NCBI GenBank assembly: GCA_025965475.1 | Contig: JAOPWV010000165.1 | Span: 6,307 to 70,306, forward strand | DNA: 64,000 bases | Origin: Frankiales bacterium | GTDB lineage: Bacteria; Actinomycetota; Actinomycetes; Mycobacteriales; SCTD01 | Direction of reading: 5' to 3' | Notes under the pieces: generated by a model | The model's database searches: none | What the model was told of the DNA's origin: nothing | The model's input: only the letters and a program-made list of their open reading frames with translations | Translations under genes and position numbers: made by a program | Shown here: positions 56,317 to 64,000 of the stretch, in pieces | Numbering within the stretch: position 1 is the stretch's first letter | Layout of the letters: the number at the start of each line of letters is the position of its first letter

Positions 56317-58614
56317 GTGAGCATGCCCGAGGACCCGGACGAGCAGCGCCAGGCTGCCCGCGCCGCCCTGCGGCATCTGCACGACCTGGTCCGCAGCATC
56401 AACGAGGACCTCGATCTGGACCGTACGCTGGACGCCGTCTGCCGGGGCATCGTGGACGGCCTGGGGTTCGCGGTCGCGGCGCTGATCCTGGTGCAGCCCG
56501 AGGGCCATCTGCAGGTCGCGACGGTGGCCGGCTCGGACGATGCCCGGGCCGCCCTGCTCGGCGAGCGGATCGTCCGGAGGGACTGGGACGAGCGGCTCGG
56601 GCAGTGTCAGCCGGTCGGCGCCCTGCTCGTCGACTACCGGCGCGTCGACCGGACCCACAGCCTGGTGCCGCAGTGGGTGTCCGACGCTCCGGTGAGCGAC
56701 GACGAGGATGCATGGCATCCGCTCGACGCGGTGATCGCCCCCCTCACCACGCGCCGGTCCGGAACGCTCGGCGCGATCAGCGTCGACCTCCCACGCGGCG
56801 GCCGGCGGCCCGGCCCCGAGCAGCTCGAGATGCTCGAGATGTACGCCGCGCAGGCGAGCGCCGCCATCGAGAACGCCGCCTTGCACACCGCCCTGCTGGA
56901 CCAGGGCACCGACAAGGGCCGCACCATGGGCCGGTTGCGCGCGCTCGTGGACGAGGCGCCGGTGGCCATCGTCGAGCTCGACCTGCAGGGCCGGGTCCGG
57001 CTCTGGAACCCCGCCGCCGAGGCGATGTTCGGCTGGACCGTGGACGAGGTCGTGGGCAAGGACAACCCGATCATCGATCCGGCGCGGTACGACGAACGGC
57101 TCGCCCAGCTCGCCCGCGGGGACGTCCAGCACCGGGCTCTGGACCTGCGCCGCCGCAAGGACGGGACCTGGGTCCAGGTCGAGATGTCGACGGCGATCCT
57201 GCGCGACCAGGAGGACCGGCCTTTCGGCTACATCGGCGTGCTCGCCGACGTCACCGAGCGGGCGATGCTGGAGGAGGAGCTTCGGCACGGTGCCTTCCAC
57301 GACCCGTTGACCGGCCTCGCGAACCGCGCCCTCCTGCACGACCGGCTCGATGCCCTGGACGGCTCCGCCCCGGCCGCGCTGTTGCTTCTGGACCTCGACG
57401 GCTTCAAGGCCGTCAACGACACGCTCGGGCACGGCGTGGGCGACGACGTCCTGCTGGAGGTCGCGGGCCGGCTGCGCGGCGCCTGCCGGCCCGGCGACCT
57501 CGTCGCACGGCTCGGGGGTGACGAGTTCGTCGTCCTCGTCGCCGGCACACCGGAGGACGTGCTGCCCCTCGCGCGGCGCCTACTGGCGGTCCTGTCGCGC
57601 CCGGTCGACCTCGGGGACCGGGAGGTCGGCCTCGGCTGCAGCATCGGCATCGCCTACGTCTCGGAGGAGGGCGCCGATGCGGCCCTGCGCGACGCGGACA
57701 TCGCGATGTACGCCGCCAAGGCCCGCGGCAAGGGCCGCTTCGAGGTGTTCGAGGACCGGCTGCGCGAGGCCGTGGTCGAGCGGGCGGACCTGGCCGAGGA
57801 CCTGCGTTGCGCGCTGACGGACCAGCAGCTCCGGCTGCGCTACCACCCGGTCATCGACGTGGCGTCCCGGGCCGTCATCGGCTTCGAGGCGCTGCTGCGC
57901 TGGCAGCACCCCACCCGCGGTGAACTCAGTCCGCTGCTGTTCGTGCCGTTGGCCGAGGAGACCGGGGCGATCATCGAGATGGGGGAGTGGGTGCTGGGTG
58001 AGGCCTGCAGACAGCTGTGCCAGTGGCGCCGTGAGCTGCCCGGGGCGCGGGAGCTGACCGTCAGCGTCAACCTCTCCACGATCCAGCTGCACGCGCCACA
58101 GCTGGTCGAGCAGGTCCGTGCGGTCCTCGAGGAGACGGGCCTGCCGCCGCGCCGCCTGGTGCTGGAGCTCACCGAGTCGGTCCTCGTCGATGACGTCGGC
58201 CTCGCCGTGGACGTCCTCGAGCGGCTGCGCTCGCTCGGCGTACGGCTGGCCCTGGACGACTTCGGTGCCGGCTACTCCTCGCTGCGCTATCTGCGGCAGC
58301 TGCCGTTCGACTTCGTGAAGCTCGACCGCGGCCTGCTGGAGGGCGTCGACCGCGACCCGTCGGCGCTCGCCCTCGCAGACGCGGTGCTCAGCCTGCTGAC
58401 CCGGCTCGGGCTGCGGAGCATCGCCGAGGGCGTCGAGACGGCCGCGCAGCTGGCCGTCCTCGACTCGCTCGGGTGCGAGCTGGGGCAGGGCTTCCTCGTC
58501 TGCCAGCCGCTGCTCCCCGAGGACGTCCCGGCACTGCTGGCCGGTGGCTGGGGGGCGCCGCCGGTGCCGCCACAGCGGTGCGAGGAACCCTCCCGCGCGC
58601 TCGATCCGGCATGA
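56317..58614 (+). CDS. GAF-PAS-GGDEF-EAL signalling protein (c-di-GMP turnover)
   Basis: GGDEF motif RLGGDEF with an I-site RPGD 5 residues upstream. EAL-domain residues are intact (EALLRW, ELTES, DDFGAGYSS, EGVET, GQGF). The N-terminal half has GAF- and PAS-like segments. Confidence 0.9.
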   Translation: MSMPEDPDEQRQAARAALRHLHDLVRSINEDLDLDRTLDAVCRGIVDGLGFAVAALILVQPEGHLQVATVAGSDDARAALLGERIVRRDWDERLGQCQPVGALLVDYRRVDRTHSLVPQWVSDAPVSDDEDAWHPLDAVIAPLTTRRSGTLGAISVDLPRGGRRPGPEQLEMLEMYAAQASAAIENAALHTALLDQGTDKGRTMGRLRALVDEAPVAIVELDLQGRVRLWNPAAEAMFGWTVDEVVGKDNPIIDPARYDERLAQLARGDVQHRALDLRRRKDGTWVQVEMSTAILRDQEDRPFGYIGVLADVTERAMLEEELRHGAFHDPLTGLANRALLHDRLDALDGSAPAALLLLDLDGFKAVNDTLGHGVGDDVLLEVAGRLRGACRPGDLVARLGGDEFVVLVAGTPEDVLPLARRLLAVLSRPVDLGDREVGLGCSIGIAYVSEEGADAALRDADIAMYAAKARGKGRFEVFEDRLREAVVERADLAEDLRCALTDQQLRLRYHPVIDVASRAVIGFEALLRWQHPTRGELSPLLFVPLAEETGAIIEMGEWVLGEACRQLCQWRRELPGARELTVSVNLSTIQLHAPQLVEQVRAVLEETGLPPRRLVLELTESVLVDDVGLAVDVLERLRSLGVRLALDDFGAGYSSLRYLRQLPFDFVKLDRGLLEGVDRDPSALALADAVLSLLTRLGLRSIAEGVETAAQLAVLDSLGCELGQGFLVCQPLLPEDVPALLAGGWGAPPVPPQRCEEPSRALDPA

Positions 58615-60275
58615 TGGCAAGGGCGGCCACCCCGCCCGTCCCCGACCGAGCCGGCCGCCCCGCGAGGATCCCAGTGCATCCCCCCGACGCTTTCCACGTC
58701 TACGACACGACCCTGCGCGACGGGTCGCAGGGCGAGGGCATGTCCCTGTCGGTCAACGACAAGCTCGCGATCGCGCGGCACCTCGACGACCTGGGCGTCG
58801 GGTTCATCGAGGGCGGCTGGCCGGGTGCCAACCCCAAGGACGCGGAGTTCTTCCGGCGCGCGCAGAGCGAGCTGCGGCTGCAGACCGCCCAGCTCGCGGC
58901 GTTCGGATCCACCCGGCGCGCCGGCGCCGTCGCGGCCGACGACCCGCAGGTCGCGCACCTGCGCGAGTCCGGGGCCGGGATCGTCACCCTCGTCGCGAAG
59001 TCCGACGTCCGCCACGTCGAGCGGGCCCTGCGCACGACGCGCGAGGAGAACCTCGCGATGATCCGCGACACCGTCGCGCACCTGACCGCCGAGGGACAGC
59101 GGGTCTTCCTCGACGCGGAGCACTTCTTCGACGGGTATCACGCGGACCCGGCGTACGCGCTCGAGGTGCTCGACGTCGCGGCCGCCGCGGGGGCGGATGT
59201 CGTCATCCTGTGCGACACCAACGGCGGCATGCTGCCCCACCGGCTCGCCGACGTCGTCCACGAGGTCGTCGCGACCGGCGTTCGGGTCGGCATCCACGCC
59301 CACAACGACACCGCCTGTGCGGTGGCCAACTCGCTCGCCGCGGTCGACGCCGGCGCCACCCACGTGCAGGGCACCGCCAACGGGTACGGCGAGCGCTGCG
59401 GCAACGCCGACCTGTTCAGCGTCGTCGCCGCGCTCGAGGACAAGGTCGGCCGCCGGGTGCTGCCCGAGGGCCGGCTGGCCGAACTCGGTCGGGTCGCGCA
59501 CGCGGTGGCCGAGGTGGCCAACATGACGCCGGACCCGCGCCAGCCGTGGGTCGGCGCGAGCGCCTTCGCGCACAAGGCCGGCCTGCACGTGAGTGCGATC
59601 AAGGCCGACCCGGACCTCTACCAGCACACCGATCCGGCGGTCGTCGGCAACGACATGCGGCTGCTCGTGTCCGAGCTCGCCGGCCGGGCCACGATCGAGC
59701 TCAAGGGGCGGGCGCTCGGCCTCGAGCCCGACCGGGAGACCGTCGGCCGGGTCGTCGAGCGGGTCAAGAACCTCGAGTCGGTGGGCTACTCCTTCGAGGC
59801 TGCCGAGGCGAGCTTCGAGCTGCTCCTGCGCGAGGAGATGGGCGAGCGGCCGCACTTCTTCGACCTGGAGTCGTGGCGGGTCATCGTCGAGCAGCGGGCC
59901 GGCGACGACGGCGCTGCGAGCGTCGTGTCCGAGGCCACGGTGAAGCTGCACGCCAAGGGGGAGCGCATCGTCGCCACCGGCGAGGGCAACGGCCCGGTCA
60001 ACGCCCTCGACAATGCACTGCGGCTCGGTCTGGAGAAGCTCTACCCCGGGCTCGCCGCGCTCGAGCTCGTCGACTACAAGGTGCGCATCGTCAGCGGTGC
60101 GCACGGCACCAGCGCGGTCACCCGGGTCCTCGTCGAGACCTCGGACGGCACGACCGAGTGGGACACGGTCGGCGTGCACGAGAACGTGATCGCGGCCTCG
60201 TGGCAGGCGCTCGAGGAGGCCTACACGACAGGTCTGCTGCGAGAGGGTCAGCAGGGCGACGACCGGGGCAGGTAG
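58611..60275 (+). CDS. cimA: (R)-citramalate synthase (LeuA-family, CimA type)
   Basis: VYDTTLRDGSQGEGMSLSV, IHAHNDTACAVANSLAAV and a C-terminal LeuA-dimer-like region. ATG 58611 overlaps the upstream stop (ATGA). Confidence 0.85.
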   Translation: MMARAATPPVPDRAGRPARIPVHPPDAFHVYDTTLRDGSQGEGMSLSVNDKLAIARHLDDLGVGFIEGGWPGANPKDAEFFRRAQSELRLQTAQLAAFGSTRRAGAVAADDPQVAHLRESGAGIVTLVAKSDVRHVERALRTTREENLAMIRDTVAHLTAEGQRVFLDAEHFFDGYHADPAYALEVLDVAAAAGADVVILCDTNGGMLPHRLADVVHEVVATGVRVGIHAHNDTACAVANSLAAVDAGATHVQGTANGYGERCGNADLFSVVAALEDKVGRRVLPEGRLAELGRVAHAVAEVANMTPDPRQPWVGASAFAHKAGLHVSAIKADPDLYQHTDPAVVGNDMRLLVSELAGRATIELKGRALGLEPDRETVGRVVERVKNLESVGYSFEAAEASFELLLREEMGERPHFFDLESWRVIVEQRAGDDGAASVVSEATVKLHAKGERIVATGEGNGPVNALDNALRLGLEKLYPGLAALELVDYKVRIVSGAHGTSAVTRVLVETSDGTTEWDTVGVHENVIAASWQALEEAYTTGLLREGQQGDDRGR

Positions 60276-60317
60276 CTGGGTGGCAGCACCCTGATCCTGC
60301 GACAGCTCGGAGATCAT

Positions 60318-61178
60318 GTGATCCTCGTGACCGGCGCCACCGGCAACGTCGGCGGCCACCTCATCCGGCACCTGTGCGAGGCCGGCTCCCCGGTGCGCGC
60401 GATGGTGCGCACGCAGGAGAAGGCCGACACCCTGCGCGGCTACGACTGCGAGATCGTGCTCGGGTCCTTCGAGGACTCCCGGTCGCTCCACAAGGCGCTC
60501 GTCGACGTGGATGCGGTCTTCCTGCTGAGCCCGGCCGGGCCACGGATGGCGGAGCAGGAGACTGCCGTCCTGGCCGAGCTCGGCCATACGCACGGCACCC
60601 CGCGGGTGGTCAAGCTCGCCGCGGCGGGGGTCGACAACCCTGCGCTGCAGGGCCGGTTTCTCGATCAGCACCGCCGGGTGGTGGAGCGGATGCGCGCCGA
60701 CGGCATCCGGCACACCGTGCTCGCCCCCACCAGCTTCATGCAGAACCTCGTGCTCAACGCGGCGAGCATCCAGGAGACCGGGACCTTCTTCGCTCCGGCC
60801 GGGGATGCGGCGATCAGCCACGTCGACGTGCGCGACGTGGCCGACGTGGCCGCCCACGTCCTGACCACCGAGGGGCACGACGGGCGCACCTACACGGTGA
60901 CCGGTCCGGAGGCCCTCACCTACGAGCAGGTGGCCGAGCGGCTGTCGGCGCTCCTGGGCCGCGAGATCCGCTACGTCGACGTACCGCCGGAGAAGGCGCG
61001 CGCCGGGATGTTGGAGTCCGGTCTGCCCGAGTGGCTCGTCGACGGCCTGCTCGAGCTGAACGTCACCTACAAGGCGGGCGCCGCGGCCGTCGTCACCGAC
61101 GAGGTGCAGAAGGCGACCGGCCGTCCGCCGCGGTCGATCGACGACTTCCTCGCCGACCACCGGATGGTCTTCCTCTGA
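60318..61178 (+). CDS. NmrA-like/atypical SDR NAD(P)H-binding protein
   Basis: (V/M)ILVTGATGNVGGHLIRHL Rossmann motif. 286 aa. Confidence 0.8.
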   Translation: MILVTGATGNVGGHLIRHLCEAGSPVRAMVRTQEKADTLRGYDCEIVLGSFEDSRSLHKALVDVDAVFLLSPAGPRMAEQETAVLAELGHTHGTPRVVKLAAAGVDNPALQGRFLDQHRRVVERMRADGIRHTVLAPTSFMQNLVLNAASIQETGTFFAPAGDAAISHVDVRDVADVAAHVLTTEGHDGRTYTVTGPEALTYEQVAERLSALLGREIRYVDVPPEKARAGMLESGLPEWLVDGLLELNVTYKAGAAAVVTDEVQKATGRPPRSIDDFLADHRMVFL

Positions 61179-61185
61179 ACGCGCG

Positions 61186-61219
61186 GAAGGCCGGCAGTCC
61201 TCTCGGGATGCCGGCCTTC
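61186..61219. terminator. Bidirectional stem-loop between convergent NmrA-like and HiPIP-like genes
   Basis: gaaggccggca-(12 nt)-tgccggccttc, a perfect 11-bp stem. Confidence 0.55.
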
Positions 61220-61232
61220 TGCGGTGATGCGG

Positions 61233-61487
61233 CTAGGACGCGTCCGCGATCGGCTCCCACCACTGGCACCACCAGTCCGCGCCCACGAGAACGCGGATCT
61301 TGGGGTGCCAGCAGTAGGTGATGTCCTCGTCGGTGTCGAGGTAGAACAGGCAGTTCTGACACTTTTCGTCACCGAACGGCTTGCCCCGCAGGGCGGCGTC
61401 CTCGACGAGGTGCTGCAGCTTCTGGTTGTTCTCCTCATCGACCGGCTGGGGCTCCGGCGCCCCGACGTCGTAAAGCGGTTCGGACAC
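61233..61487 (-). CDS. HiPIP-like (high-potential iron-sulfur protein family) small protein without signal peptide
   Basis: CQNC-x12-C-x14-CQWW matches the HiPIP cysteine pattern (compare CANC...C...GWCASW). GTG 61487 has a GAGGAG SD upstream. 84 aa. The upstream part of the 202-aa ORF does not look coding. Confidence 0.6.
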   Translation of the reverse strand: MSEPLYDVGAPEPQPVDEENNQKLQHLVEDAALRGKPFGDEKCQNCLFYLDTDEDITYCWHPKIRVLVGADWWCQWWEPIADAS

Positions 61488-61635
61488 GTGTCTCCTCGTG
61501 ATCGGGCAGTTCTGGTGCTGCGTAAGGCATCTGCTGGGCCCCAAGGGTATTGACACCGCCGGTCGGTGGCGGCACATGGGGTGGCCGGTAGCCTCGGGGG
61601 GTCCGCCCCCACACCGTCCGAGGAGCCTGCCCCGC

Positions 61636-62411
61636 GTGCGCATCGTCCGCTTCGCCGCCCAGGGAGACGTGTCGTTCGGAGTGTTGGAGGGACCCGGCGA
61701 GGACCCGGCCGATCTCGTGGTCGCCGTCGCGAGCGGCCACCCGTTCGCCCCGATGCAGCTGACGGGGGAGCGGCTGCCGCTGGCCCAGGTCAAGCTGCTG
61801 GCCCCGGTGCTGCCGAGCAAGATCCTCGGGATCGGCCGCAACTACGCCGACCACGCAGCCGAGATGGGCGGTACGCCGCCCACGACGCCGTCGGTCTTCC
61901 TCAAGCCCAACACGGCGGTCATCGGTCCGGGTGACGCGATCACGCTGCCCCGCGACAGCGAGCACGTCGACCACGAGGCCGAACTGGCCGTCGTCATCGG
62001 TCGGCTGTGCCGGGAGGTGCCGCGGGAGCGCGCGTACGACGTGGTCCTCGGCTACACCTGCGGCAACGACGTGACCGCCCGGGACTGGCAGCGCAGCGAC
62101 GGGCAGTGGTCCCGGGCCAAGGGGCACGACACGTTCGCCCCGCTCGGGCCGTGGGTGGAGACCGAGCTCGACGTCTCGGACGTGGCGGTGCGCGCCACGG
62201 TCGACGGCGAGCTGCGCCAGGACGGGCGTACCGCGGACCTCGTCCACGACATCCCCTCCCTCATCGAGTGGATCACGCGGTACATGACGCTGCTCCCCGG
62301 CGACGTGATCCTCACCGGGACGCCGGCCGGTGTCGGGCCGCTGGCGCCCGGCCAGTCGGTGTCGGTGAGCGTCGAGGGCATCGGCACGCTGACGAACCCG
62401 GTCGTGTCCCG

Positions 62412-62415
<4 letters not shown>
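61636..62415 (+). CDS. Fumarylacetoacetate hydrolase (FAH) family protein
   Basis: KILGIGRNYADHAAEMG..., HEAELAVVIG, GYTCGNDVTARDWQ and LLPGDVILTGTPAGVG. GTG start at 61636. Confidence 0.85.
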
Positions 62416-63878
<1,463 letters not shown>

Positions 63879-63916
63879 CCGGCACTGTGACAGGTATCTC
63901 CACCGGGCTGATCCGT

Positions 63917-63946
63917 TTGAGGGCCGTGCTCGCCGTCCGCTAGACT
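63917..63946 (+). promoter_or_regulatory. Candidate promoter for the tRNA gene(s): TTGAGG-N18-TAGACT
   Basis: Read directly. The -10 TAGACT ends 16 nt before the mature tRNA 5' end. Confidence 0.45.
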
Positions 63947-63962
63947 CACGCACGCAACTCCA

Positions 63963-64000
63963 TGGGGTATGGGGTAATTGGCAGCCCGACGGTTTCTGGT
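63963..64000 (+). tRNA. tRNA-Gln (anticodon CTG), 5' 38 nt only; truncated by the window end
   Basis: tggggta-tg-gggt-aattggca-gccc-g-acggt-ttCTGgt folds as acceptor arm, D arm and anticodon arm. The start is very similar to actinobacterial tRNA-Gln as I recall it. The position after gltX fits known synteny. Confidence 0.8.

Noticed and set aside
58287-61160. 957-aa minus-strand ORF opposite cimA and the NmrA-like gene
   Set aside because: It is antisense to two well-supported genes, and its composition is typical of spurious GC-rich frames.

Overview
This is a very GC-rich (by eye about 70% or more), densely coding actinobacterial chromosome segment, and almost all of it is core metabolism. 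I called genes by recognising motifs in the supplied translations. I had no searches or folding tools.

Gene content, left to right:
- Tail of a CoxM-like FAD subunit, followed by a CO-dehydrogenase-type accessory set (MoxR/CoxD-like ATPase, VWA/CoxE-like, MocA-like NTP transferase, CoxG-like).
- NUDIX hydrolase and an isobutyryl-CoA-mutase-type large subunit.
- Small secreted proteins, a thioredoxin-TPR protein, a serine hydrolase, an ABC1 kinase and an SPFH protein.
- A decayed DUF222/HNH gene remnant.
- A complete GlgE-pathway operon (glgE-treS-pep2-glgB) divergent from glgP, followed by glgX.
- echA, etfBA, a PaaK-like protein, iscS-mnmA, ligA and gatC-gatA-VOC-gatB.
- A large branched-chain amino acid block: ilvD, ilvBNC, serA, leuA, leuB, ilvE, then a GAF-PAS-GGDEF-EAL protein and cimA.
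- An NmrA-like protein, a HiPIP-like protein, an FAH-family protein, gltX and the 5' part of tRNA-Gln.

From memory, the gene order resembles the Mycobacterium tuberculosis gltS-leuB-serA1-ilvCNB-gatBAC-ligA-trmU-iscS-fixBA region.

I found no CRISPR array, intact mobile element, prophage or obvious novel multi-gene defence-type system. The observations most worth a second look are regulatory or structural:
- Apparently leaderless Leu/Val-rich leader peptides upstream of ilvB (with a textbook attenuator terminator) and leuA.
- A GTGGGACG box present as inverted pairs upstream of both ilvB and leuB.
- A perfect 23-bp palindrome exactly centred between the divergent glgE and glgP starts.
- An AT-rich perfect 19-bp-arm palindrome after ilvD.
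- A secreted HExxH protein carrying three tandem ~120-aa repeats.
- A c-di-GMP signalling gene whose stop overlaps the cimA start.

Many very long antisense ORFs in the track are GC-composition artefacts.
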